Source of the DNA: a bacterium
Lineage (GTDB): Bacteria; Zhuqueibacterota; Zhuqueibacteria; Oceanimicrobiales; Oceanimicrobiaceae
Length of the DNA stretch: 49,628 nt
Direction of reading: 5' to 3'
Assembly: GCA_046757165.1 (NCBI GenBank)
Contig: JBHHXT010000014.1
Coordinates: 1 to 49,628, forward strand
In this document: piece by piece, positions 1-9,374 of the stretch
Layout of the letters: each line of letters opens with the position of its first letter
How positions within the stretch are numbered: position 1 is the first letter of the stretch
Made by a program: the position numbers and the translations under genes
The notes under the pieces: model-generated
Told to the model about the DNA's origin: nothing
Databases searched by the model: none
The model's input: only the letters and a program-made list of their open reading frames with translations

Positions 1-133
1 CAGGATTCGATTTTCGTGTTTTGAATTTGTTTCGGATTGCTTAGCCTGGATAATTTTGGCCAAGTAGATGGGGATAACGTCAGACCTGGTCTCTGCACGC
101 TTTGCGGACTCTCGTGAGGCATGTACGTGGGTC

Positions 134-1537
134 TTATTGCGGTCCCCCGCGTTGATCGGTTTTTTGCATCTCATGTGCCCTGAGCAGCAGTTCTCGGCTC
201 TTGTTGCGCTTGCCAACGTGGTTGTACAAACCCGCCAGCCGCTTCATCACCTCCTGATTCATGGAGGTGAACGCAAGGAGTGCCTCGTATATCGAGATCG
301 CTTTGACAAACTTCTTCATCTTGATCGCCAGCCACGCTAGCTTTTCCAAATTTAGCACGTCGTTGGGTGCGCGCTTTCGTATTTGCTCGAGTAAGCGTTC
401 AGCTTGTTCAAATTCGCCACCTTGAATCAAACAATCGCCCAGCCCTTTCATTGCGGACAGATTTCCCGGCATCCGGGCGAGCGCCTGTTTGTAACGAGAA
501 CCTGCTTGCTGGAATGATTTTTCGGCGAAATATTTGTGCCCTAAATTCATATACAGCGCCGGCAGGTCGACGTACGCCTCCAGCGAGATCTCGTTGACCG
601 CTCGCTGTTTCTTTTCTGCCAGCGCGATGGCCGCTTCCAGGCACTCGATCTGCTTTTGGTTGTCCTTTAGGTGGCCATAAATTTCAAAGAGGAGAAGGTA
701 GGAGGTGGTTTGCTTCTTCGTTACGGCGAGCGCCTGCTCGGCGAAGCGAACAGCCTGCTCGTGCTCCCCGGCCCGCAGGTGAATTTCCGCGAGATTGTTA
801 TGAATGCTGCAACGGATGTCCTTCGGCAGGTTGCCGAGAGCGAGCGCCTGGTGCAGGTGAGTGCGGGCCTCATCATAGCGTCTGCTCAAGATGAGATTCT
901 GCGCGAGCGTGAAATGCCAGTACGGGTTCTCAGGCTCATCGTCAATTTGTTTCGTCAGCAGTCTGTAGTTGCGCTGGCTCTTTTCTATCATCTCCGCCTC
1001 TTCTTTCGCATAGCCGAGATGGTGTAGCAGAATATTCGAGAATCCCTCCCTGCCGTTTAGCGCCATCACCGATGGCGAAAGCTGCTCATGAATTCGTCCA
1101 GAGTAGCGAATGCCCGGCAAATTCCGGAACAACCGGTGCGCGCGGCTGATATGCCCTTTCTTGTGCCCCCCGGCTTTCGGACTGTCGATCAGCACGTTGA
1201 CGCATAGGTTCGATCTGTCGTTCAACCATTTCCTGAATTCACCCTTGCTGTCCGGGTCCAACCGTTCGTCCGCGTCGATCTGGAAAATCCAGTCGCCGGT
1301 GGCGTGCTCGAGACTCTCGTTGCGGGCAGCGGAAAAGTCATCGTTCCAGACATATTCGAACACCCGGGCGCCGTGCTCTCTCGCGATCTCGACGGTTCGG
1401 TCTGTAGAGCCGGTGTCCACGACGATGATTTCATCCATCACCTCGAGCACACTCTGCAAACAGCCATGCAAATAGGTTTCCTCATCCTTGACAATCATGC
1501 AGAGAGAGACTGTTCGACCTCGTTTCATGCGTTGCAT
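134..1537 (-). CDS. GT2 glycosyltransferase with C-terminal TPR repeats (putative flagellar glycosyltransferase)
   Basis: Motifs SLCMIVKDEE, VVDTGSTD, WNDDFSAARN, DxD motif IDADE and IHEQ, followed by TPR-like helical repeats. The start may be Met4 (1528). Confidence 0.9.
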   Translation of the reverse strand: MQRMKRGRTVSLCMIVKDEETYLHGCLQSVLEVMDEIIVVDTGSTDRTVEIAREHGARVFEYVWNDDFSAARNESLEHATGDWIFQIDADERLDPDSKGEFRKWLNDRSNLCVNVLIDSPKAGGHKKGHISRAHRLFRNLPGIRYSGRIHEQLSPSVMALNGREGFSNILLHHLGYAKEEAEMIEKSQRNYRLLTKQIDDEPENPYWHFTLAQNLILSRRYDEARTHLHQALALGNLPKDIRCSIHNNLAEIHLRAGEHEQAVRFAEQALAVTKKQTTSYLLLFEIYGHLKDNQKQIECLEAAIALAEKKQRAVNEISLEAYVDLPALYMNLGHKYFAEKSFQQAGSRYKQALARMPGNLSAMKGLGDCLIQGGEFEQAERLLEQIRKRAPNDVLNLEKLAWLAIKMKKFVKAISIYEALLAFTSMNQEVMKRLAGLYNHVGKRNKSRELLLRAHEMQKTDQRGGPQ

Positions 1538-1549
1538 TGGTGTTGTCGC

Positions 1550-1566
1550 GCAGGCATCTTGCCTGC
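1550..1566. repeat. Intergenic REP-like palindrome GCAGGCA-TCT-TGCCTGC
   Basis: Perfect 7-bp inverted repeat with a 3-nt loop between the two GT2 genes. Confidence 0.55.
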
Positions 1567-1600
1567 TTTCTTGATTCCAAAAAGACAGCGTCTTCCCCGG

Positions 1601-3283
1601 TTACGTTGTGGCAATCTCCCTGGTCTTCGCGCCCTCTTCCCGCATCTTCTTCAGCACCCTCGCGTACGTCCGGACAGCATTGGTAAAATCATACCAGAAT
1701 GTTTCGTTTTTCTCATTGACCTCCGGGTTGTTCCGCGCCAGCTTGATCGCCTGGTCGAAAGAGTCGGCTGCTTTGGCCCACTGCTTCAGATCGACATGGA
1801 TGTACCCCAGGTCCACAAAGCCAATCCAGAAATTCGGATTCGAGGCGACAGCTTTGGTCATCCAGTCGATCGCGCGCTCATCCTGCCGCTGTTTCCGGTA
1901 GATCTTGCCGAGAAAATGGTACACCTGGTAGAGATAGGCGTCTGCTGAGCTTCCGAAGAGATTGAAAACAGGCCGCTCCGAAAGCGCCTGATTTTGTTCC
2001 AGGTAAGCTTTGAATACTTCTTTGGCTTTCTCGAGCTGCCCTTCTTTGTAGTAGGCCAAACCAAGAAAGTAGTGAGGGTCCAGGTAATTCTCGTTCAGGG
2101 CGATGGCACGTTCACAGTAGGTCTTGGCTGCTGTCAGGTCATTCTTTTCATGGCTGATGAGCGCAAGGTTGTTCAGCGTCATCAGAAGCAAATGCTGCTT
2201 GCTCAGATCGTTGGGCTTGATTTTTTCCAGCGCGCGTTTGCCAAAAGATTCAGCGAGTTCAAACTGACGATTGCCGAGATGCATCATGCCCAGATAAAAT
2301 AGGGTGGTTACGCTCTCTGGGTTTTCTTGCAGGCGGCGATACAGAATCTCAGCATTGCGTCGTCGCTTCTCCAGCATGTAATCCGTCTCTAAATTATACC
2401 CATGATGCAAGAGATTGATGTCGACTGCGATGACCTCCCCGCTTATTTTCAGCACCTCATGGATAGGATTTTCATAAATGAAATCGGGGCGATTCTTGAA
2501 CATCCGCACCAGGTAGTGAACAGAAGGTTTGTTTTCACCGAACGCACTCGACACGCGGTTGTGCAGAGCCAGGTAGGCGCCGTTGCATTTGTCCTGGTGA
2601 ATCACCTCCCGTACTTTGTTCTGGTCCTGCGGGAACAACTCCTCATCGGCGTCCAGTTGGATGATCCAATCTCCGTTCGCCTGCTGGTTGGCAAAATTGC
2701 GCGCCGCGGCAAAATCGTTTTGCCAGCGGTAGGGATAGACTTTTGCCCCAAAGGATTCTGCTATCGCGATGGTGGCGTCCTGGGAGCCGGTGTCGACCAC
2801 CACGATCTCATCGGCGACAGCTTGTAGACTCTTCAGACAGCCGGGAAGATGCTGCTCTTCGTTCTTGACGATCAGGCAGGCGGAAAGGGTGACATCTTCA
2901 GCCCGGGCGACTTTTTCTATTTGCTGCAAATAATTATCAATTTCCGGGCGGCGATAGTTGTGGTTTCGTACCCTCTGGAGATGGTCAGCCGCTCTGTTAA
3001 ACCGGCACAACACCATCTGGATGATCCCCAGCTCAAACTCTGATTCAGGGTGTCCCGGGTTGAGCTGCAGCGCTTGTGAGAAGCTGGCCATGGCATCCGC
3101 ATAGCGCTGCTGCGATGCGTGGATCATGCCCTCCAGGTAATGCAGGTCATAATCGTCAGCATGTGCCGACTTCAGCCGGCGCAGCGTTTCGTGTGCTTCG
3201 TGCACGCGCTCCTGTTTGAGCAGCCGGACGATATTCTTTTTCTGTTTACGATATCTGTTGTGCGGCGGGAGAGCCATGTCCAC
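1601..3283 (-). CDS. TPR-GT2-TPR glycosyltransferase
   Basis: N-terminal TPRs, then TLSACLIVKNEE, VVDTGSQD, WQNDFAAARN, LDADE, IHE and HHGY, then C-terminal TPRs. Confidence 0.9.
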   Translation of the reverse strand: MDMALPPHNRYRKQKKNIVRLLKQERVHEAHETLRRLKSAHADDYDLHYLEGMIHASQQRYADAMASFSQALQLNPGHPESEFELGIIQMVLCRFNRAADHLQRVRNHNYRRPEIDNYLQQIEKVARAEDVTLSACLIVKNEEQHLPGCLKSLQAVADEIVVVDTGSQDATIAIAESFGAKVYPYRWQNDFAAARNFANQQANGDWIIQLDADEELFPQDQNKVREVIHQDKCNGAYLALHNRVSSAFGENKPSVHYLVRMFKNRPDFIYENPIHEVLKISGEVIAVDINLLHHGYNLETDYMLEKRRRNAEILYRRLQENPESVTTLFYLGMMHLGNRQFELAESFGKRALEKIKPNDLSKQHLLLMTLNNLALISHEKNDLTAAKTYCERAIALNENYLDPHYFLGLAYYKEGQLEKAKEVFKAYLEQNQALSERPVFNLFGSSADAYLYQVYHFLGKIYRKQRQDERAIDWMTKAVASNPNFWIGFVDLGYIHVDLKQWAKAADSFDQAIKLARNNPEVNEKNETFWYDFTNAVRTYARVLKKMREEGAKTREIATT

Positions 3284-3292
3284 ACAGTCGGC

Positions 3293-3874
3293 CTATTTTG
3301 CCTTTGTTGCAAGCTTTTCCAGCCCCTCCTTTGCGGTCCCATTCTCTGGTTCGATGGTTAGCACTTTTTCGAGCAAGAACCGGGATGACTCGGCGTCCCC
3401 CGCCTGAGCATAGAGGTCGGCCACGGTCAACAACGTCTCCACGTCGTTGGGGTGGGCCTGCAAGATGGTGCGGAAGGTTTTGATCCCGTTGTCATAATCT
3501 TCGTTTTCGATGTAGACATCCGCCAGGTTTTTTTGTGCCTCCAGGAATTCTGGTTCGATATCCACGGCTTTCTCGAAGGCGCTGATCGCCGACTCGCGGT
3601 CGCCGAGGTAGGCAGAAACAATTCCGAAACTGTTCAAGATCTGTGCGCTGACCTCCTCGAGGCTCAGGGCCTGTTCAAAGTACTCCTTTGCTTTCTCGTA
3701 ATCTTCCCGGTACTGGCAAATGATGCCAAGCCCGTACATGGCCTCCAGATTTTCCGGCTCGTCCCGCAAGGTTTCCTTGTAGCTTTTTTCGGCTTGATTG
3801 AATTGTCCTTGCTGTAGCAGGAGGCTGCCCTGCAAGAGCTGGACTCTATTGTAGCCAGAAATAGATTCAGTCAT
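3293..3874 (-). CDS. Stand-alone TPR protein
   Basis: About five TPR-like units (e.g. AMYGLGIICQYREDYEKAKEYFEQAL, AQKNLADVY). RBS AGGGGAG upstream, directly after flgL. Confidence 0.85.
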   Translation of the reverse strand: MTESISGYNRVQLLQGSLLLQQGQFNQAEKSYKETLRDEPENLEAMYGLGIICQYREDYEKAKEYFEQALSLEEVSAQILNSFGIVSAYLGDRESAISAFEKAVDIEPEFLEAQKNLADVYIENEDYDNGIKTFRTILQAHPNDVETLLTVADLYAQAGDAESSRFLLEKVLTIEPENGTAKEGLEKLATKAK

Positions 3875-3888
3875 GTTCGTAACTCCCT

Positions 3889-4782
3889 TTAACTAACAAA
3901 ATTGACTAAGCTGGTTTGGATAATATCCGCCATCGCCTTGAGCCCCGTGGAAATGGCGTTCTTAATGATCTGTGAATTGACCACGGCTTCAACAATGTCC
4001 GAATCCTGAATCTGTGAAACAGCATCCGCAAAATTGATATTCTCGTTCTCGATAATCTTTTCGGTTGAACTCAGCCGGTTCTGCAGAATGCCCAGCTCCG
4101 ATTGATTTGAGAAGGTCTGCTCGATGGCGCTGGTCAGGTCGGTCACAGTGGTCTGAACCGCAGCCGTGTCGTTGCTCTCCAACCCTTGCTTTAGATTGAC
4201 CATCGCGGCGAAAATATCGACCCCGCCTGAAGGGTTGAAAATCTGGTCGCCCGTTTTGTTGTAGGTGATCTCGGTTTCGAAGCCAATCTTGCCTTTGATG
4301 CTCTTGTCGTTGCCGTTGTAGGTAATCGTGTCGTCAGTGCGCGTGTAGGGAGTTGTGCCCGTTGTCAACGTTCCGGCAAAAATGTGGCGGTTCTTGTATT
4401 TCGTATTGCCGGCATCGAGCAGCACATCGATGAGCTGGTCAACTTGTTTGGCGAGACTCGTGCGGACTTCTGAGTCCAGCGTTCCAGATGCGCCCTGCAC
4501 GGCAACGTTCTTTGCCTCTTCCAGGGCGTCCGTCACCTGTTCCAGCGCGGTGTTGGCATTAGTCAGAAACTCGTTCATGAGCGTGATATTCTTCTTGTAC
4601 TGCTCGTTGCGGCTGATGAGCACCTTAAAACGGTCGATTTGCACAACACCGGTGGGATCGTCAGAAGGCCTTCTCACCTTTTTCGTGGTGGCAATATCCA
4701 TCTGCAACCGTGCTGAGACCGCTCGATTTCTTTCGATGGCGGACAGCATGGTCCTTGCCATCATTCTGTTGGTGATGCGCAT
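3889..4782 (-). CDS. flgL: Hook-filament junction protein FlgL
   Basis: MRITNRM start, RPSDDP, IFAG motif, C-terminal SLVNF. Follows flgK. Confidence 0.95.
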   Translation of the reverse strand: MRITNRMMARTMLSAIERNRAVSARLQMDIATTKKVRRPSDDPTGVVQIDRFKVLISRNEQYKKNITLMNEFLTNANTALEQVTDALEEAKNVAVQGASGTLDSEVRTSLAKQVDQLIDVLLDAGNTKYKNRHIFAGTLTTGTTPYTRTDDTITYNGNDKSIKGKIGFETEITYNKTGDQIFNPSGGVDIFAAMVNLKQGLESNDTAAVQTTVTDLTSAIEQTFSNQSELGILQNRLSSTEKIIENENINFADAVSQIQDSDIVEAVVNSQIIKNAISTGLKAMADIIQTSLVNFVS

Positions 4783-4813
4783 TGTTTGGTTTTCCCAGCC
4801 GGGGGAATTATTC

Positions 4814-6193
4814 TCATACCATATTCAAGACCGACTGCGTCATGTCATCGATGGTCGTGACCAACCTGGAAGCGGCCGTAAACGCCGTCTGCGATTCTAT
4901 CATCACCGTCATTTCCTCGTTCAGAGAGACGCCTGATACCGACTCGCGTGTCAGCTCCAATTTCTCGACCGTCAGACTAAAGCTGCTTTCCAGAAGACTC
5001 GCCTCCTGCGACTCGCTCCCCACCGTTGAGATCAACGAATTATAGAAGTCACTGAAGGTGAACTGGCTATCACTCATCGTCAACTTGTCTTGCAGATCTG
5101 AGAGCGCCAGAGCGGTGTTGTTGTTCCCTGGCTCATCGGCTGCGTCTGATGCTGCGATCAGGTTGGTGTTGTTCATCACTTCGGTGCTGAGCCCAAAATC
5201 AGCCGCTCCGGAGGAGTTGCGATCAAAGAAATTGATGCCGGTAATGCCATCCAGGTTATACCCGGCGGCATGGACGGTGTTGACCTCCAGGGTCAGCGTC
5301 GCGCTAAGTGTATCTAACTCGCTGATATAGTTCACCACGTTGCTATCCCGAATATCGAGAATGCCCTTGAGCTTGCCATCTTTGATTTGCGCGATGCTGT
5401 CATCCCTGGCAAAGATCACGGCCGGGCCAGGATCGCTATCTGATTGCACTGCCAGCCCAAGCTCTTCGGCCTGTGTGTCTGCGACCAGCATTCGACTGGC
5501 GACGGCAACATTGATGGACCCTGAGTCGCTCTCAAAAGTCTTGACATCGACAAGCTCCGACACCTGGTCGACCAACGTGTCCCGTTTGTCTCTCAAATCC
5601 GGCGCCTGATGGCCGTTGACTTCTGCGTTGACGATGCGTTCGTTCAGTTTGGCGATTTCGGCTGTCAGGCGGTTGACTTCATTGACACCGTCCTGAAGCT
5701 CTTGATTGAGCTGCTGCTGGTAGGTGTTCAGTTGACGGTGAATCCGGTTGAATGTGCTGGACAAGGTGACAGCCTTTTGTTTGACCACCGTGCGCGCTGC
5801 CGTACTTTCCGGGTCATTGGCGAGGTCCTGGAAGGAGTTGAAGAACTCTTCCAGATTTCGGTTCAAGCCAAAATCCGAGGGCTCGTTAAAAATCTCTTCA
5901 ACGAACTGGAGCGCGCGGCTCTTAAACTCATGTTGGTGAAATGACGGTCTTTCGCTCATCAACTGCTGGTCGATGAGGGTGCTGCGAATGCGCTCGATTT
6001 TCTCGACCTCGACGCCGGATCCGACGTATCCTGTGCCAAACTGAGAGGGCCTGGATGATGCAAGTGTGATCCGCTGGCGCGAATACCCCTCAGTATTGAC
6101 ATTGGCGATATTATTTCCAGTGACACTCATGGCCGCCTGGTGCGCATCCATCGCACGCCTGGCAATTCCCAATATTCTCATCAAGTCAGACAT
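4814..6193 (-). CDS. flgK: Hook-associated protein FlgK
   Basis: GNNIANVNTEGYSRQR, G.GV...I.R, and SGVSLNEEM at the C-terminus. Confidence 0.97.
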   Translation of the reverse strand: MSDLMRILGIARRAMDAHQAAMSVTGNNIANVNTEGYSRQRITLASSRPSQFGTGYVGSGVEVEKIERIRSTLIDQQLMSERPSFHQHEFKSRALQFVEEIFNEPSDFGLNRNLEEFFNSFQDLANDPESTAARTVVKQKAVTLSSTFNRIHRQLNTYQQQLNQELQDGVNEVNRLTAEIAKLNERIVNAEVNGHQAPDLRDKRDTLVDQVSELVDVKTFESDSGSINVAVASRMLVADTQAEELGLAVQSDSDPGPAVIFARDDSIAQIKDGKLKGILDIRDSNVVNYISELDTLSATLTLEVNTVHAAGYNLDGITGINFFDRNSSGAADFGLSTEVMNNTNLIAASDAADEPGNNNTALALSDLQDKLTMSDSQFTFSDFYNSLISTVGSESQEASLLESSFSLTVEKLELTRESVSGVSLNEEMTVMIESQTAFTAASRLVTTIDDMTQSVLNMV

Positions 6194-6202
6194 TTTGGTT
6201 AC

Positions 6203-6703
6203 CTAAACAACATGATCCAATACATTCATCTTTTGAAGACCCTTTCTAAGCTTTCCATCCTTTCGATAAACTTTGACGGGATCACTGCTTGTCAGCAGCA
6301 CCTCCATACTTTTTTCGATGAAGTTGAGCGAGTGATTCAGCAGGAACTGGTTGTTTTTGTTCATGTGCTGAATCCTCTCCACCAGGTTGCGCAGCAGCTC
6401 GCGTTGTTCCTGCAACCGTTTGGCGTAACGTTTCTCGACTTTTTCGATAATCTCGCTGAGTTTTGGATTCAGGTTTTCCATTTCAAGCTGCTTTGCCAGT
6501 GTTCGACTTCGCTTGATTCTTTCGGATTCCAGGGATTTGGTTTCGCTGGCGAGCTCGGTCTCGTTTTCGACGCTGACATTCAGGCGCTCGATTTCGCCTT
6601 CTACGATGGCTCGCTGTTTTTCGTGCAATATTTCTAACAAACTGCTAAATGCATGGATCTCTTTGGCTATGATTTCGATCAACTCTTCGACAATCGCTTC
6701 CAT
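6203..6703 (-). CDS. flgN: Export chaperone FlgN
   Basis: Helical ~165 aa protein with N..N..LL and a C-terminal Y...G motif, directly upstream of flgK. Confidence 0.85.
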   Translation of the reverse strand: MEAIVEELIEIIAKEIHAFSSLLEILHEKQRAIVEGEIERLNVSVENETELASETKSLESERIKRSRTLAKQLEMENLNPKLSEIIEKVEKRYAKRLQEQRELLRNLVERIQHMNKNNQFLLNHSLNFIEKSMEVLLTSSDPVKVYRKDGKLRKGLQKMNVLDHVV

Positions 6704-6704
6704 T

Positions 6705-7481
6705 CTACATTTCTCGATAGTTCAGGAGAACCTTGTGGACGTATCGCTGCGTCTCCTTGTAGGGCGGAATCTCTCGGTATTTTTCCACCGCCTGAGGGCC
6801 TGCGTTGTAAGCGCTCAAGGCCAGCACCAGGTCGCCATTAAACCTGTCCAGCAGCATGCGCAAGTATTTTGCGCCCCCAAAAACATTTTGCCTCGGGTCA
6901 AATCTGTTCCGCACCCCCATCGAGGTGGCTGTGTTTTTCATAAGCTGCATCAGCCCGACCGCGCCTTTGCGAGAGACCGCATCCGCTTTGTACCCGGACT
7001 CGACTTTTATGATCGCATGCAGGAGCTTTGCGTCGAGTTTGAATTCCTCGGCCGCCTCTGCGATAATGGCACGGTCCCAATTGTACGAAACAGTTGGCCG
7101 GGAGGCCTTGCGGATTGCCCGAAGCTTGTAGTCTGCTAGCGTTAGACCTGTCATGCCGCTCTCCTGTTTTTGCGTGAGGCTTGTAATTAATATATCGGAG
7201 AGCGGCAGCGCTCCCTTGCCAGCAATCGCTTTGGCAATCTCCTGATCAAACATGCCGGAATAAATGTCAGCAGATAGCCCCTTGCCGAAAATTCCTGACT
7301 GCGGAATGCTGCGCCGCATGCCACGTAGAAGCTGGGCAATGAATATCGCTTCAAAGTCCTGAGCCGCCTGCTCGAGCTTTTGAATATCCTTCTCCGAAAG
7401 CCCATCTGGGCGCGTTTGCCCGGCTTGCGTCTCAATCTTTGTCCTGTCTGGTTGTGCTTCTTTTGCGTTGCTTATTTCCAT
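6705..7481 (-). CDS. flgJ: FlgJ rod-binding domain fused to an SLT (GH23-type) lytic transglycosylase
   Basis: N-terminal LEQAAQDFEAIFI...MR...YSGMFDQEIA (rod-binding). C-terminal IKVESG, GAVGLMQLM, ALSAYNAG and PPYKETQRY (SLT). Confidence 0.88.
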   Translation of the reverse strand: MEISNAKEAQPDRTKIETQAGQTRPDGLSEKDIQKLEQAAQDFEAIFIAQLLRGMRRSIPQSGIFGKGLSADIYSGMFDQEIAKAIAGKGALPLSDILITSLTQKQESGMTGLTLADYKLRAIRKASRPTVSYNWDRAIIAEAAEEFKLDAKLLHAIIKVESGYKADAVSRKGAVGLMQLMKNTATSMGVRNRFDPRQNVFGGAKYLRMLLDRFNGDLVLALSAYNAGPQAVEKYREIPPYKETQRYVHKVLLNYREM

Positions 7482-7542
7482 TGACTAAAGCGTGTTGGTT
7501 CGCCCATCCCGAACATCACACGTGGAGCCCGGAACGGGAAGT

Positions 7543-8667
7543 TCACATGACCACCAGCTCTGCCTGCAATGCGCCTGCCTCCTTGATCGCCTGAAAGATG
7601 GCGATGATGTCGCGCGGTTTTACCCCGAGCTGGTTCAGCGCTGAAGCGATATCGCTGACGGTCACGATGTTTTTGATGACGACGTTTCTCGCTTTTTCCT
7701 GATCAACCGAGGTGGTGGAAATACCATCGATAACCGTGTTGCCGCGCTGACTGAAAGGCGCCGGCTGCGAGATGACCGGAACGCGTTTTGTGTGAATCGT
7801 CAGGTTGCCATGCGAGACCATAATTTCTGCTATCCTGACATTCCCGCCGGCGACAATCGTCCCGGTGCGCTCGTTGATCACCACTTTGGCAACGCGGTCT
7901 TGCTCCACCTGCAAGGATTCGATCTCGGACATGAACTTGACCATGTCCCCGGGTCGGGTGATGGTCTTCGGCCACTCAATGGCCACGGTTGCGGCATTGA
8001 CCGGTGTGGCCAGGTGGGCGCTGAAGAAATCGTTGACCCGGTCTGCGATTCGTACCGAGGTCGTGAAGTCCGGTTTTCTGAGCATCACGCCGAGCGGTTG
8101 CTGCATATCGAACTGAAATGCCAGCTCTTTCTGCACAATGGCGCCGTTTGGCACTCTTCCCACAAGCGCGTAGTTCTGCCGGATTTTCTCCCCATCGCCG
8201 GTTTCAACGTTGAAGCCGCCGATGGACATCGAACCTTGCGCCACGGCGTACACCTCGCCGTCCGTGCTGAACAGAGGGGTTTGCAACAGCACGCCGCCTT
8301 CCAGGCTCTTTGCATCGCCAAGAGAGGAGACGGTCACATCTATCCGCGTGCCAGGGTTGATAAACGGTTCGAGTCTGGCAGTGGTCATCACCGCGGCCAC
8401 GTTGCGAACACGCAGTCGGTCCCCCGGCACGGTGATGCCGAACTTCTCCAGCATATTGGTGATCGACTGCACCGTAAAGATGGCGCCGCTGGCGCCGCTG
8501 CTGCGGTCGCCCGTCCCATCCAGACCTATCACCAATCCATATCCAATCAGATACATGGACTGCAGTCCCTGAAAGGAGGCGATATCCTTGATCCGCGCCT
8601 GCCCGAACGCCACCGCCGGAGTCAGCACCAGCATCACCGCAAGCAAACCTTTTCTTCTAACTCTCAT
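7543..8667 (-). CDS. flgI: P-ring protein FlgI
   Basis: Signal peptide, then RIKDIA, GYGLVIGLDGTGD, NVAAVM, INERTGTIV and GALQAEL. Confidence 0.97.
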   Translation of the reverse strand: MRVRRKGLLAVMLVLTPAVAFGQARIKDIASFQGLQSMYLIGYGLVIGLDGTGDRSSGASGAIFTVQSITNMLEKFGITVPGDRLRVRNVAAVMTTARLEPFINPGTRIDVTVSSLGDAKSLEGGVLLQTPLFSTDGEVYAVAQGSMSIGGFNVETGDGEKIRQNYALVGRVPNGAIVQKELAFQFDMQQPLGVMLRKPDFTTSVRIADRVNDFFSAHLATPVNAATVAIEWPKTITRPGDMVKFMSEIESLQVEQDRVAKVVINERTGTIVAGGNVRIAEIMVSHGNLTIHTKRVPVISQPAPFSQRGNTVIDGISTTSVDQEKARNVVIKNIVTVSDIASALNQLGVKPRDIIAIFQAIKEAGALQAELVVM

Positions 8668-8714
8668 ACCGTTGTTCTAATCGTGCCTATTGGCCCTGTT
8701 AAGTTTCTTGTCTT

Positions 8715-9362
8715 TCAGTTGCTCATCACTCCTAAGAGGAGATAAGCCGATGCCGTCATACCGGCCATCACCATCCAGGTTGTCCAGCGGGCGACGACAG
8801 ATGGCTTGCCTAATTTGTTCATCAAACCGGCTTTCTTGTAGGAAATCTCGACATTGGCCAGGCTGTACGAGAAGATGATGTTGTCCGATGTAATATCCTT
8901 CTGGCGAGCCATTCCCTTCACCTGCAGCAAGTAGGCCTCGCCGTTCACTTCCAGTCGGCGCCTGCCCTGTAAGGTCAAGTTCCCGTTCGGCGCGATTTCT
9001 GTTACGATGGCGGTGATCTTGCCGGTCAGGGCGTCTTTCTGCAGCGCGTCCGCTTTGCCACTATTGTCGCTTTCAAAATCGGTCTGCGCTGTGAAGAGCG
9101 GCAGGAAGCGAGTCAGATTGCCGGTGAGGCTACCGGACGCCTTGATGCTTCCCTTCTCTGTCATCTTGCTGTCCGATTGCTGGGTTCCTGAGGTCGACTC
9201 GATGATCAGGATGGTGATAATGTCACCGACCGTTTTAGCCTTGAAGTCCGTGTACAGGGAATTTTGCTTGAACCTTTCAAAATCTTGCGCCAGCAAAGGG
9301 TGGCTTGACCAGACAAGAGCGGGGGCCAAAAGGGCGAGCCCAATAAGGTTTCTCAATCTCAT
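8715..9362 (-). CDS. flgH: L-ring protein FlgH (no lipobox Cys, hydrophobic C-terminal extension)
   Basis: SLYTDFKA..VGDIITI.I.E, PNGNL...G and R..DI..DN motifs. Lies between flgA and flgI. Confidence 0.9.
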   Translation of the reverse strand: MRLRNLIGLALLAPALVWSSHPLLAQDFERFKQNSLYTDFKAKTVGDIITILIIESTSGTQQSDSKMTEKGSIKASGSLTGNLTRFLPLFTAQTDFESDNSGKADALQKDALTGKITAIVTEIAPNGNLTLQGRRRLEVNGEAYLLQVKGMARQKDITSDNIIFSYSLANVEISYKKAGLMNKLGKPSVVARWTTWMVMAGMTASAYLLLGVMSN

Positions 9363-9374
9363 CTCCTGGTGTTG

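Noticed and set aside
1..40. T-rich TTCG/TTTG quasi-repeat at the window start
   Set aside because: Truncated by the window edge and too degenerate to define.
7491..7522. Hairpin with a GGA loop upstream of flgJ (possible CsrA site)
   Set aside because: Short interrupted stem and a single GGA, with no csrA in the window. It could easily be chance.
7792..8745. Long plus-strand ORFs (also 14632..15627, 15827..16933, 33100..34194, 38177..39004, 45134..46207, 48861..49529)
   Set aside because: They are antisense shadows of well-conserved minus-strand genes and show no recognisable motifs.
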